Shown here piece after piece: positions 1 to 10,358 of a stretch of 64,000 bases of DNA (position 1 is its first letter; every line of letters starts with the position of its first letter). Both the position numbers and the translations under genes were made by a program. The DNA is from Candidatus Cloacimonadota bacterium (GTDB lineage: Bacteria; Cloacimonadota; Cloacimonadia; JGIOTU-2). The stretch lies in contig JAUWMT010000008.1 in the NCBI GenBank assembly GCA_030613025.1, positions 3,318 to 67,317 of the forward strand, in the 5' to 3' direction. The notes beneath the pieces are model-generated. The model saw only the letters and a list, made by a program, of their open reading frames with translations. It did not search any database and had not been told where the DNA came from.

Positions 1-2637
1 GCAGATTATAAACTTCCTTCTTTTGATGGTATGTCTGCAATAAAAATTCAACAGAAAACCACGCCTGATATTCCACTGATTATTATTTCAGGAACAATAG
101 GTGAAGAAATTGCCATTGAGTGTTTAAAAGCCGGTGCAACAGACTATGTCCTAAAAGGCAAACTCTCCAGACTTATTCCTGTTGTGAAACGTGCCCTAAA
201 AGAAACAGAAGAACGCAGAGAACGAAAAAAAGCTGAAAAAGCACTACGAAAATCGGAAGAGCAATTCCGATTAATTGCAGAAAACACAAGTGATAATATT
301 GCTATAACTACATTTGATCTGAAAGCTACCTATCTCTATCTAAGCCCTTCATTAAAATCCATGGTCGGCTATGACCTTGAAGATCTGCTTGGTAAATCCT
401 TTTTCGATTTTATCCATCCGGAAGATAAAAAGATTTTATTACCCTTATTAAAAAAATATATTAATAATAAGATCAAGAAACTTATCTCAGGAAAAGAATC
501 CATAGTTAGTGAGACAATTGAATATCGCTTCATAAATAAAGATAGAGAATGGCGTAATTTTCAAAGTACTGTAAATATCGCTGGAAAGCAACTTATTTCA
601 GTTACACGTGATGTAACAGAGCGCAAGCAGGCGGAAGAAGAATTGATACAATCTGAAAAAAGCTATCGAGATCTTTTTAACAATGCATCTGATGCCATAT
701 ACATACAGGACAGGGAAGGTCGTTTTCTTGATGTCAATCAGGGAGCAGTGGACATGTACGGTTATTCAAAGGAGTTTTTCATAGGAAAGACACCTGAATT
801 TTTATCAGCTCCGGGAAAGAACGACATGAAAAAGATCATCGGATTTGTCGAGGATGCATTTAACGGCAAAACCAGACAATATGATTTCTGGGGTATAAGA
901 AAAAACGGCGAAGTATTTCCTAAAATTGTCCGTTCCCAACAAGGTTTTTATCTGGGTCGGAAAGTCATTATTACATATGCTTTAGACATCACCGAGCAGA
1001 AGCAAGCAGAGGAAATCCAAAAAGCATTATACAACATTTCCAATGCTCTGAATACAACCGATAAAATGCGCGACTTTTACAACAAAATAAGAGAATACCT
1101 GGGAAATATGATTGACACTACCAATTTCTATGTTGCTTTATATGATGAGAAAACTGATATGATCTCTCTTCCTTTTAATGTCGATGAAAAAGATGATTTT
1201 GAAACATTTCCTGCTGGTAAGACTATCACAAAGTATGTCATCAAAACAGGCAAGTCCCTTTTTGCTACGAAGGATGTAGTAAAAAAATTAATAAAAAAAG
1301 GATTAATTGAAACAGTTGGAACACCATCTGAAATCTGGCTCGGTGTTCCCCTGAAAATTGAAAATAAAGTAATCGGTGTTATAGCAGTTCAAAGCTATGA
1401 TGATCCAAACCTCTATACAGAAAAGGATATTGAAATTCTAACCTTTATTTCCGAAGAAATTGCTCTTGCTATCAATCGCAAACAGGCAGAGGAGACTTTA
1501 AATAAAGAACTTCGTAAGCGACAAATACTCCAAGATGTGGCTTTAAGTCTTCTTGAAACAGATTTAAAAAAATCTATTAAAACCTCTTTAAAGGCAATTA
1601 GGATTGGCTTAGATCTTCCAAAAGTAATGCTAAGAATTAGAGTTGATCCTAACAATGATTGGCAAATTGTAGATTGTAGAGAAAGTTTGCTCGGAATTGG
1701 ATCAGTTTTACCTACAAACATAAGAGGGGTAGATGCAATACTGGCTTATGAAAAAAAAGAGATTTCCGTCGTTAATGATATTCGTAAAAAATATTGGTAT
1801 GAAAAACATAAAGATATTTGGGAAAAAACAAAAACACTTGCTTATCTCAGCATACCTTGTATAGATTATTCCGGTGATGTTAAAGGAATTCTCTACCTTC
1901 ATGATGATAGGGTGCGAATATGGAGTGATGATGACAAAAACATAGGGAAAGCAGTAGCAGCAGAATTAGCTTCAATCATCGAACGTAAACAGGCAGAAGA
2001 AGAATTAAAGATCAATCGGGAACGATTAAAAACAGCAAATTCAATTTTGCGTCACGACATTGCAAATGACGTTATTGTAATAAAAAGCGCTCTTGATATC
2101 TACCGTGATGAGCAGGACGAAACTATGCTTGACGAGATCGAGAAGCGAGTCGAAAAAAGTTTAAATACGATAAAAAAACAACGTGACCAGGAACAGTTCA
2201 TAGATTCTCATACAGCTTTAGATGAATATGATATGGAAAAAGTAGCACATGATATTATTAAAAATTTTCCAAATATAAAGTTTAATGTTACTGGCACGGG
2301 CAGGGCTTATGCGGACAATGCAATTTATTCAGTATTTGAGAACATAATAAGTAATGCAATTAAGCATGGCAAAACAACCAAGATGGATATTGATATTAGT
2401 TCAGATGAAGATCATTGTGAGATCAGATTTTCAGATTATGGCATTGGCATACCGGATGAAATGAAATATAAGATATTCGATGAAGGTTTCCAATATGGTG
2501 AAACAGGGCATACCGGTATTGGATTGTATATCGTACAACAAACAGTTGATGATTATGGTGGAATAGTATTTGTTGAAGATAATAAACCGAGTGGAGCAGT
2601 ATTTGTAATTCGATTGAAGAAAATTATTGAAAGATGA
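1..2637 (+). CDS. Hybrid sensor histidine kinase, 5'-truncated by the window edge. Receiver-domain C-terminus, then PAS, GAF, HisKA and HATPase domains.
   Basis: The ORF frame stays open back to position 1 (ADYKLPSFDGM, the receiver 'MPxxDG' motif), so the gene starts upstream of the window. Also seen: repeated KQAEEEL PAS linkers, a GAF-like segment, an LRHDIANDV H-box, and C-terminal GIGLYIV / G-box ATPase motifs. Confidence 0.8.
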   Translation, partial: ADYKLPSFDGMSAIKIQQKTTPDIPLIIISGTIGEEIAIECLKAGATDYVLKGKLSRLIPVVKRALKETEERRERKKAEKALRKSEEQFRLIAENTSDNIAITTFDLKATYLYLSPSLKSMVGYDLEDLLGKSFFDFIHPEDKKILLPLLKKYINNKIKKLISGKESIVSETIEYRFINKDREWRNFQSTVNIAGKQLISVTRDVTERKQAEEELIQSEKSYRDLFNNASDAIYIQDREGRFLDVNQGAVDMYGYSKEFFIGKTPEFLSAPGKNDMKKIIGFVEDAFNGKTRQYDFWGIRKNGEVFPKIVRSQQGFYLGRKVIITYALDITEQKQAEEIQKALYNISNALNTTDKMRDFYNKIREYLGNMIDTTNFYVALYDEKTDMISLPFNVDEKDDFETFPAGKTITKYVIKTGKSLFATKDVVKKLIKKGLIETVGTPSEIWLGVPLKIENKVIGVIAVQSYDDPNLYTEKDIEILTFISEEIALAINRKQAEETLNKELRKRQILQDVALSLLETDLKKSIKTSLKAIRIGLDLPKVMLRIRVDPNNDWQIVDCRESLLGIGSVLPTNIRGVDAILAYEKKEISVVNDIRKKYWYEKHKDIWEKTKTLAYLSIPCIDYSGDVKGILYLHDDRVRIWSDDDKNIGKAVAAELASIIERKQAEEELKINRERLKTANSILRHDIANDVIVIKSALDIYRDEQDETMLDEIEKRVEKSLNTIKKQRDQEQFIDSHTALDEYDMEKVAHDIIKNFPNIKFNVTGTGRAYADNAIYSVFENIISNAIKHGKTTKMDIDISSDEDHCEIRFSDYGIGIPDEMKYKIFDEGFQYGETGHTGIGLYIVQQTVDDYGGIVFVEDNKPSGAVFVIRLKKIIER

Positions 2638-2640
2638 AAG

Positions 2641-2680
2641 AAGTCATTAAGTCATTAAGTCATTGGGTCATTAGGTCATT
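2641..2680. repeat. Five tandem copies of the octamer AAGTCATT (degenerate) directly after the stop codon of kinase 1.
   Basis: aagtcatt aagtcatt aagtcatt gggtcatt aggtcatt read directly. It is followed by the inverted repeat GGTCATT..AATGACC. Confidence 0.9.
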
Positions 2681-2694
2681 TTACAGCGCAGCGA

Positions 2695-4767
2695 ATGACC
2701 ATCTTTGAGGTTATGGAGTTAAAGTATGCAGAAGGTAGAATGTGTATTAAAAAACCAACCATTTTAGTTATAATACTTTTATTTTTTTTTCATATCTGTA
2801 CGATATTTGCAGGGGAAGTAGATTCATTAAAGAACAGATTAGAAACCGAAACAGGTGAGGGAAAGATAGAAATTTTAGACAAGTTAGCAGGAAATTATTG
2901 GGAGCTTTCTCCAAATGAAAGAATTCCATTTGCAGCACAAATGGTTGAATTATCTGAAAAACTTAAGGATCAAGGTTATAAAGCAGATGCATACAATTAT
3001 TTGGGAATAGCTTACAATCAACTTGATGAAACTCAAAAATCCATGGATTATTTCCTGAATGCATTAGATATAGCCAAACAAACTAATGATAAAGACAGAA
3101 TTGCAAAATCTTTTCTCAATCTCGGACAGGCAAATTTTTATTTGGATAATTTTGATAAAGCCCAAGAATATTTTCAAAAACTTTTGGAGATAAGAACAGA
3201 AATTGAAGATAAACAAGGTATATCCATGGCGTTAAACCAGTTAGGTACTGTTATGGCTAGAACCAAACGGTATGATGAAGCTTTAGACTATTTTTCCAAA
3301 TCCCTGATAATAAGAAAAGAGATCGATTACAAAATAGGTATTTCTCAGATATACAATAATATTGCGAATGTATATTTTGATTTAGGAGAAATGGATAACG
3401 TTCTGGAATATCGGTTACGATCATTGGAAATCGTTCGAGAATTGAATAACAAATGGGAAATGGCTATTACCACTTATAATGTTGCAGAATATTATTTATA
3501 TAATAATGAACCCGACGAAGCTTATCCGTATTTACTTGAATCACAGGAATTGGCAGAAATGCTTAATAATCAAGGATTGATCAGAGATAATACACAATTT
3601 TTTTCATGGTATTATGAATTAAAAGAGGATTATCCAAAATCGATAAAATATTTGAAAGAATATGCGAAATTAACAAAGAAGCAATTTTCCCAGGCACTAA
3701 GTGAAAAAATTGCAGAAATGCATGCAAAGTATGATGTGGACACAAAAGATAAGGAAATTGCCTTGCTTCAGAAGAATAATCAGATACATCAGCTTAACCT
3801 CTCAAAACAAAAACTTGTGATCTTCTTCTCAATATCATTCTTCATTTTGTTTATAGTTATAGGATTAATTATATTTATTAAAGACAAAAATATTGAGAAA
3901 AAACTTGAGCGAGCGGTGAGTGAGCGCACAAAGGAGCTTAAGAATGAGATTGATGAGCGAGTTCAAACTGAATTGAAATTACTACAAGCAAACGATGAAT
4001 TGACCAAGCTACAACTGAGACTGGAACAAAAGGTTGAAGACTCGATCAAACAGATACGGCAGCAGGATCACATGATAATCCGGCAGTCACGACAGGTAGC
4101 AATGGGGGAGCTCATGAACAATGTAGCCCATCATTGGAGGCAGCCGCTGGCAGCAGTTGGATTGATCGTTCAGGACATTCAGGATGCCTTTCATGCGGAT
4201 GAACTTAATGAAAAATATTTGCAGGAATCGGTTGGTGAGGCAATGAAGCAGTTGCAGCAGATGTCAAAAACAATTACGGATATTTCCGAACTTTTTATCA
4301 CAACCAAAGTTGAAAGATCTTTCAATGTAAAAGAAGAAATTGAAAGAATGATCCATGTTTTATCCCAGAATTTCAAAGCAAATAACATAAATACATATTT
4401 GGATTGCAAAGAGGATTGTACTGTTTTAGGATATCCTCATGAATTTGCGCAGGTGGTGTTCAATATCCTGACAAATGCAAAAGAAATAATCGTCCAAAGA
4501 GAATGTAAGGAAAGAAATATATTCCTGAAAGTTTCAAATGAAAATAAGATATGCAAGATCATAATTGAGGACACCGCAGGTGGAATAGATGATGAAATGA
4601 TTGACAAAATATTCGAACCATATTTTTCTACGAAAGAAAATTTAGTCGGAACAGGATTAGGTCTATATATGTCCAAAATGCTTATCGAGAAGAACATGAA
4701 AGGTTCTCTTACTGTGCAGAATACCGAAAAAGGAGCAGTGTTTACCATTGAAATCACAACCAATTAA
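2695..4767 (+). CDS. Membrane sensor histidine kinase with a periplasmic TPR-repeat sensor domain.
   Basis: TPR-like repeats (AYNYLGIAY, ALNQLGTVM, etc.), one transmembrane segment (LVIFFSISFFILFIVIGLIIFI), a coiled coil, H-box NVAHHWRQPL, and HATPase motifs (GTGLGLYMSKMLIE). A signal-peptide-like alternative start lies at 2740. Confidence 0.8.
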   Translation: MTIFEVMELKYAEGRMCIKKPTILVIILLFFFHICTIFAGEVDSLKNRLETETGEGKIEILDKLAGNYWELSPNERIPFAAQMVELSEKLKDQGYKADAYNYLGIAYNQLDETQKSMDYFLNALDIAKQTNDKDRIAKSFLNLGQANFYLDNFDKAQEYFQKLLEIRTEIEDKQGISMALNQLGTVMARTKRYDEALDYFSKSLIIRKEIDYKIGISQIYNNIANVYFDLGEMDNVLEYRLRSLEIVRELNNKWEMAITTYNVAEYYLYNNEPDEAYPYLLESQELAEMLNNQGLIRDNTQFFSWYYELKEDYPKSIKYLKEYAKLTKKQFSQALSEKIAEMHAKYDVDTKDKEIALLQKNNQIHQLNLSKQKLVIFFSISFFILFIVIGLIIFIKDKNIEKKLERAVSERTKELKNEIDERVQTELKLLQANDELTKLQLRLEQKVEDSIKQIRQQDHMIIRQSRQVAMGELMNNVAHHWRQPLAAVGLIVQDIQDAFHADELNEKYLQESVGEAMKQLQQMSKTITDISELFITTKVERSFNVKEEIERMIHVLSQNFKANNINTYLDCKEDCTVLGYPHEFAQVVFNILTNAKEIIVQRECKERNIFLKVSNENKICKIIIEDTAGGIDDEMIDKIFEPYFSTKENLVGTGLGLYMSKMLIEKNMKGSLTVQNTEKGAVFTIEITTN

Positions 4768-4801
4768 AGATACACCAAAAGCTCTTTTACCCTTATCAAT
4801 T

Positions 4802-6196
4802 ATGTATGTCGAGGATGAAGGTGTCATTCTCCGTTCGATCAATACGATGATGGAACGTAAGATCAAAGATGTTTTCACCGCACTTAATGGGGAAATTGGA
4901 CTTAAGATATTCAAAAAGCATAAGCCACAAATCGTTGTAACAGATATAAAGATGCCTGTCATGAACGGTCTGGAAATGATCGAGAAGATCAAGGAAATCG
5001 AACCTTCAACGAAATTTATCGTAGTGTCAGCTTATGGAGAAATAAACTATTTTATCAAAGCAATAGAACTTGGAGTTCAGGGTTTTATTCTCAAACCGGT
5101 TAATGTGAAACAGCTTATGGGCTTGATTCAGGAATTGGGCAACGGTATTTTACTTCAAAAGGAGATAGAAAGGAAGGAAGAGGAACGCAAGAGATCTGAC
5201 GAAGCGCTTCAGGAGCAGAAGGCATATTTCGAGCATCTTTTTGAAAGTTCGCCGGAAGCAATTGTGGTTGCTTCGATTGAGGGAAAAATAGTACAGATCA
5301 ACCGCGCATTCTCAGAAGTGTTTGGTTACACTGAGGAAGAAGCGATTGGAAAAGTGCTGGATGAGCTCATTTCTGCTGATGAACTTTTAAACGAAGCTAC
5401 TGAATACACCAAGCAAGTTGTCAGTGGAAAAGATATACGGCTTGAAACAAAGCGTAAAACCAAAAGCGGTAAATTGCTGGATGTATCCGTTCTCGGCACG
5501 CCTATCATAATAGAAGGGCAGCAGGTAGCGGTGTATGGTATCTATCGAGATATCACCGACAGGAAACGGGCTGAAGATGAGCTTAAGGCAAGTTATGAGA
5601 GATTGCAGAAGCTAATTCAGGATACGGTAAATGTGCTTGCCAATGTTGTTGAATTGCGGGATCCCTACACTGCAGGTCATCAGCATAATGTAGCTCAACT
5701 TGGGATTTCCATAGCAAAGGAAATGAAATTTCCCTCCGATATGATCGAAGGTATTCGCATTGGTGGGACTATGCACGATATTGGTAAGATAAAAATACCG
5801 ATCAGGATATTGAATAAATCGGAAATGCTAACAGATAAAGAATGGGAGCAGATCAAATTTCATCCTACAGTTGGATATGAACTTTTAAAGGACCTGGATT
5901 TCCCATGGCAGGTCGCAAAGATGGTTCATCAGCATCATGAGCGTTTTGACGGTTCGGGTTATCCAAATGGTCTGAAAAAAGATAAAATTCTTATGGAAGC
6001 AAGGATCCTTGCAGTAGCTGACGTTGTAGAAGCAATGGCAAACGACCGACCCTATCGTCAAAGTCTTGGATTGGAAATAGCCCTTGAAGAGATCGAGGAT
6101 AACAAAGGTATTCTATATGATCCTGATGTCGTTGAAAATGCTGTAAAAATTCTAAAGAATGGCGCATTTGTTTTTGGCAAAAAACATACCACATAA
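4802..6196 (+). CDS. Response regulator with receiver, PAS and HD-GYP phosphodiesterase domains.
   Basis: Receiver motifs (MYVEDEG..., TDIKMPVMNG), a PAS segment, then HD-GYP motifs (HHERFDGSGYP, LAVADVVEAMANDRPY). The track ORF starts at a TTG at 4748; the first in-frame ATG at 4802 was used. Confidence 0.8.
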   Translation: MYVEDEGVILRSINTMMERKIKDVFTALNGEIGLKIFKKHKPQIVVTDIKMPVMNGLEMIEKIKEIEPSTKFIVVSAYGEINYFIKAIELGVQGFILKPVNVKQLMGLIQELGNGILLQKEIERKEEERKRSDEALQEQKAYFEHLFESSPEAIVVASIEGKIVQINRAFSEVFGYTEEEAIGKVLDELISADELLNEATEYTKQVVSGKDIRLETKRKTKSGKLLDVSVLGTPIIIEGQQVAVYGIYRDITDRKRAEDELKASYERLQKLIQDTVNVLANVVELRDPYTAGHQHNVAQLGISIAKEMKFPSDMIEGIRIGGTMHDIGKIKIPIRILNKSEMLTDKEWEQIKFHPTVGYELLKDLDFPWQVAKMVHQHHERFDGSGYPNGLKKDKILMEARILAVADVVEAMANDRPYRQSLGLEIALEEIEDNKGILYDPDVVENAVKILKNGAFVFGKKHTT

Positions 6197-6346
6197 CGAT
6201 AAAAGATTTCTATAAAATAAAATCTGAAAATACTCCTGCAAAATTGACAAACATTTACATTCAAAAAAATTTGAATAAAATATAATTGAGTTTACTTAAC
6301 AAAAGTTATGATTATAAATATGTTAGAAAGATTTTCAAATATTCGG

Positions 6347-6480
6347 AAACCGATCCCAGTTAAATGAATAAGGATTTAACGGGACAAGTGAATCGGTTGA
6401 AAGTTACTGTCTTCTTAATTAACCACCAACTTAAGTTGGTGGTTAATGAAACAAAAAAACATTAACCGTTTTAACGGTTT
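6347..6480. repeat. Copy 1 of a ~100-130 bp three-hairpin intergenic repeat element. The second copy is at 35773-35867 in opposite orientation.
   Basis: Hairpins AACCGAT...ATCGGTT (6348-6398), TTAACCACCAAC-TTAA-GTTGGTGGTTAA (6419-6446) and AACCGTT-TT-AACGGTT (6464-6479). The second locus has the same three hairpins in the same relative order. Confidence 0.8.
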
Positions 6481-6529
6481 ATCATTTTATTAATTCTGAT
6501 TTTTTTAGAGTGGACTTATAATTCAAAAT

Positions 6530-8221
6530 ATGCATACGCAGGGAGCACGTATGAAAAAAGTAGTCTTGTTTTTCACACTCATTATATTTTTATTCTCCGC
6601 TCAATCATTACTCGCGCAGGATAATATAGCCACCGGCAGCATTCAACCTTCAGAACTTTTACCTGGTGGGAAGGGTATGATCACAGTGACCTTCACTATT
6701 CCGGAAGGAATGCATCAAAGCTTGCAGGAAGACTATTTCTATATCGAAGCTGAAGAAGTAGAAGGTATTGAATTTTCACACACTCAATATCCCGAAGGTA
6801 TCGAAGAAGACAGTTTGATAAATTATTACGAGTCCGTAATTTTGCAGCAGGAATTCACCCTCTCAAAAGATTTTCCTGCAGATGCGTATGAGCTTTTGGT
6901 CTATGCCGGCTACCAGTTCTGTGAAAACTCTGGAATGTGCTATTTTCCGGAAGAGGAGGAGCTTGTACTTACTTTTGCCGTCCAAGGTGTGCAAAGTGTG
7001 ATCTCTGCAATGGAGACGCTCCAGACAGATTCAAAAACTGAAGTAGAAACATCGCCTGAGATTGAGTTCACAGAGATCAAAAGTAAGCTTGATGGATTTG
7101 TCATGACAGACATTGCTGCCGGGTATCTGAAAAGCAAGGATTTTATCTTGTTTGCAGAAGATGCAAAAACAGCGGATGGTTCGTCCGCAAATAGATTTGC
7201 AGGAATGAGTATCTGGCTGATACTGCTTCTGATTGTTGTCGGGGGTATTGCACTTAATCTCACTCCCTGTGTTCTTCCTATGATGCCCATAACCATTGCA
7301 GTGCTTGGAGCCGGCACACAGGCGGAATCCAGAGGAAAGGGTTTTTTGATCGGTAGTGTATATGGAATCGGTATGATGCTTGCCTATGGCTGTCTCGGTT
7401 TGATCGTAGTGCTCACCGGTTCACGATTCGGTGAGATTAATTCCTCGCCCTGGTTCAATATAATAATTGCAATTATTTTTATCCTGCTTGCTCTTGCCAT
7501 GTTTGATGTGTTCCCTATAGATTTTACAAAATTCCAGTCCGGCAAGATGGCTGGTAAGAAAACAGGAAAGGGAAAATATATTACAGTATTTGTGCTGGGT
7601 ATTATCGCCGCATTGCTTGCCGGTGCATGTGTTGCTCCTGTCCTTATTTCGGTAATTCTGTATTCGGTAACTTTATATACTTCGGGAAATCCTGCCGGTT
7701 TGCTGCTTCCATTCCTGCTTGGTGCTGGTATGGCATTGCCGTGGCCCTTTGTCGGCGCCGGACTTTCGATCCTTCCCAAACCGGGAAAATGGATGCAGTG
7801 GATCAAATATATCTTTGGTGTGATCATACTGGTTATTGCGCTTCTTTATGGCTACACAGCAGTTTCAATTTTTAAAACACAATCCCAGCCGGTGGTGTAC
7901 GAGCACACAGACGAAAGTACGACCGAAGAAACCGACCTTGTCTGGATGCCTTCTTTGATAGATGGTCTTGAAAGAGCAAAAGAAGAAGACAAACCGGTTC
8001 TCATTGATTTCTGGGCAACTTGGTGCAAGAACTGTCTTGTAATGGAAGCAACTACATTTAAAGATGATAGGGTTGAAGAGGTTTTGAAAGATTTTGTTCT
8101 TGTACGGTATCAGGCAGAGGATTTGAACAAATCCCCGACAAAAGAGATACTCGATCATTTTGGTGTGCTTGGACTTCCATCTTATGTCGTACTTATACCT
8201 AACTCGGATAAACCTGAATAA
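6530..8221 (+). CDS. dsbD: Thiol:disulfide interchange protein DsbD-like: N-terminal domain, cytochrome-c-biogenesis-type transmembrane core and C-terminal thioredoxin domain.
   Basis: Signal peptide (more likely from the second ATG at 6551, MKKVVLFF), multiple TM helices with conserved Cys (LTPCVLPMMP), C-terminal WATWCKNC thioredoxin motif. Confidence 0.8.
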   Translation: MHTQGARMKKVVLFFTLIIFLFSAQSLLAQDNIATGSIQPSELLPGGKGMITVTFTIPEGMHQSLQEDYFYIEAEEVEGIEFSHTQYPEGIEEDSLINYYESVILQQEFTLSKDFPADAYELLVYAGYQFCENSGMCYFPEEEELVLTFAVQGVQSVISAMETLQTDSKTEVETSPEIEFTEIKSKLDGFVMTDIAAGYLKSKDFILFAEDAKTADGSSANRFAGMSIWLILLLIVVGGIALNLTPCVLPMMPITIAVLGAGTQAESRGKGFLIGSVYGIGMMLAYGCLGLIVVLTGSRFGEINSSPWFNIIIAIIFILLALAMFDVFPIDFTKFQSGKMAGKKTGKGKYITVFVLGIIAALLAGACVAPVLISVILYSVTLYTSGNPAGLLLPFLLGAGMALPWPFVGAGLSILPKPGKWMQWIKYIFGVIILVIALLYGYTAVSIFKTQSQPVVYEHTDESTTEETDLVWMPSLIDGLERAKEEDKPVLIDFWATWCKNCLVMEATTFKDDRVEEVLKDFVLVRYQAEDLNKSPTKEILDHFGVLGLPSYVVLIPNSDKPE

Positions 8222-8225
8222 ATAT

Positions 8226-8278
8226 AACCACGAATTAACACGAATGCACACGAAAGCACCCGAATGAAAAAATTAAGC
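8226..8278 (+). repeat. Period-10 tandem repeat (xxCACGAAx, 4 copies) followed by AAAAAATTAAG, directly after the dsbD stop codon.
   Basis: aaccacgaat taacacgaat gcacacgaaa gcacccgaat gaaaaaattaagc read directly. The same motif family recurs at 14633-14672 and 17531-17572. Confidence 0.85.
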
Positions 8279-8464
8279 ATAAAAAATTATCTTTGTGAAT
8301 CCTCTATAATAAAGAGGTTACAGAGACTTGAGGTAATATTTTGCCAAAAAAATATTCTTAATTTTTCCTTTACATCTTTGCGTCTTTGCGAGAATCTTTG
8401 TTTTCACGTCCGTCGGCTGATTGGAATCCTAAGTACCTAAATAATTTTTAAGAGGTTTAAAAAT

Positions 8465-9544
8465 ATGAAAAAAGTTTTGTTTTGCATACTTGGAATTGTC
8501 ATACTGCTTTCAATTTTTTCCTGTGACAGATTTAAACATCATTTTGATCCCATTCTTACACCCTTTGAACATTATTTAGAACGCTTTGCCGCTCATATGG
8601 AAGATGGTATTTTATTTGATGATGTTGCATCTATTATGACCTATTATTCGAACACTTATCTAAACGATGGAATGGAAAAAGCTGACATGCAAGCTCTGTA
8701 TGATTCACTCGCATTAGCATCACCGGACAGCATTTCAATCAATATAGATATTCTATCTGAGTTCGATTATAAGGTGTCGTACCGTATTATGACAGCAGGT
8801 GTTGACACTACGATAATCGACTATGCCCAAGCTCAACGTGACAGCTTTCTTTTCATAGGAAATCAGATCGCTCCTGCAGTTCCTCAAAAAGTTTTGGTCG
8901 AAATGATCACAGGGACATGGTGTTCGAACTGTCATTATGCAGAGGAAGCGCTTAAACAGCTCAAGCAGGAATACGGGAATGCCTTTTATTATATTGAATA
9001 CCACTGGGACGACGATCTGGATGTTGGTGCAATAGAGGTAATTGAATATTATAATATGAGCTATTCAGCCCCTCAATCAATGTTCCAGGGACAGGTAAAG
9101 GTAACAGGCGGTGGGGGAGACACCTATGATCAATATCATAACACTATCACCAGTTTTTTTGATCAGGACGCTCTGGCAGAACTGAAAAATTTCTCCTACA
9201 CAATTTCTGATACTTTATCCGGGCAGATCACAATTAGGAAAGACTATTCTCTTCCTATGGAAGACCTATATATCAAATATGCGCTGATTGAAAAAGTATC
9301 TTCTGTGCTCGGATATACAGGAAGACCCTGTGAACAGGTGGTTATCGCAAAAGGAATGAAAAATATTGGTGAGGAAGATTTTTCCAATCCGATTTCTTTT
9401 AAACTTGGAATGCCTTCAACCGTTCCGGATGACATTGTGCTCTATGTATGGCTGCAAACTCTTGAAGATCCCTATAATGCAGATACGTGTAAAATTTATA
9501 ATGTGATAGAAGAAGATATTTTACTTGAGAAGGGGAGCATTTAA
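8465..9544 (+). CDS. Lipoprotein with a thioredoxin-like CxxC motif.
   Basis: Lipobox (LLSIFSC) and WCSNCH motif. No further family assignment possible by eye. Confidence 0.55.
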   Translation: MKKVLFCILGIVILLSIFSCDRFKHHFDPILTPFEHYLERFAAHMEDGILFDDVASIMTYYSNTYLNDGMEKADMQALYDSLALASPDSISINIDILSEFDYKVSYRIMTAGVDTTIIDYAQAQRDSFLFIGNQIAPAVPQKVLVEMITGTWCSNCHYAEEALKQLKQEYGNAFYYIEYHWDDDLDVGAIEVIEYYNMSYSAPQSMFQGQVKVTGGGGDTYDQYHNTITSFFDQDALAELKNFSYTISDTLSGQITIRKDYSLPMEDLYIKYALIEKVSSVLGYTGRPCEQVVIAKGMKNIGEEDFSNPISFKLGMPSTVPDDIVLYVWLQTLEDPYNADTCKIYNVIEEDILLEKGSI

Positions 9545-10350
9545 TGAAAAGAACGATTTCTATTCTGATATTCAGTGTTCTCTTTTTAATTTCAACAGTA
9601 TTCGCACTGGACACCATGTCGGATTTTACTCTTGAAGACATCAACGGAGATCAGATCGATTCTGACGAACTGTTGAGTAAAAAAGCAGTGATAGTTGACT
9701 TCTGGGCAAAGTGGTGCGGTCCCTGCAAGAAAGCCCTTCCCCATCTCAGCGATCTTCAGGAAAAGTATAGGGATCTCGTTAATGTAATTTGTATCAGCAC
9801 AGATAAAGCACGTGATGCCGGTAAGGTTAGATCCTTTGTAAAATCTAAGAATTTCGAATTCATTACTCTTCTTGATCCCAATAAAAACGTAAGCAAGCTT
9901 TTCAATGTAAACACAATTCCTAGAACATTCATCATCGATGAAAATGGTGAGATCGTTTACAGGCACGAGGGCTATATACAGGGCGATGAACACGAGCTTG
10001 AGACAGAATTGAGAAAGGTCATTTATAAAGATATTACCATCGAGGAACTCAACGAATTATTCCCACCTGAAGAATTGCCTGAACCGATAAATTATGTGTC
10101 TCCAGTTTATCCTGAAAAAGCTTATGATGACAAAGTTGAAGCAGATATCATACTCGATCTTGTGATTATGGAAGATGGCACTGTTGGTCAGGTATGCCTT
10201 ATCAGCGCCTGCAAAGACACAATTTATGGCTTTGAGAAAGCTGCCATCGATGCAGCACAGCAATGGGTATTTGAGCCTATTATTGTTGACAGTGTGGCTG
10301 TAACAACTCGTGTGCTTTATCCGAGCCGGTTCAGAATAGAAAAACAATAG
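9544..10350 (+). CDS. Periplasmic TlpA/ResA-like thioredoxin domain fused through a Pro/Glu-rich linker to a TonB C-terminal domain.
   Basis: Signal peptide. Redoxin active site FWAKWCGPCKK. Linker ELFPPEELPEPINYVSPVYPE. C-terminal segment (EKAYDDKVEADIILDLVIMEDGTVGQV...) typical of the TonB_C fold. Its ATG overlaps the upstream stop (ATTTAATGA). Confidence 0.65.
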   Translation: MKRTISILIFSVLFLISTVFALDTMSDFTLEDINGDQIDSDELLSKKAVIVDFWAKWCGPCKKALPHLSDLQEKYRDLVNVICISTDKARDAGKVRSFVKSKNFEFITLLDPNKNVSKLFNVNTIPRTFIIDENGEIVYRHEGYIQGDEHELETELRKVIYKDITIEELNELFPPEELPEPINYVSPVYPEKAYDDKVEADIILDLVIMEDGTVGQVCLISACKDTIYGFEKAAIDAAQQWVFEPIIVDSVAVTTRVLYPSRFRIEKQ

Positions 10351-10358
10351 AGGTACTT

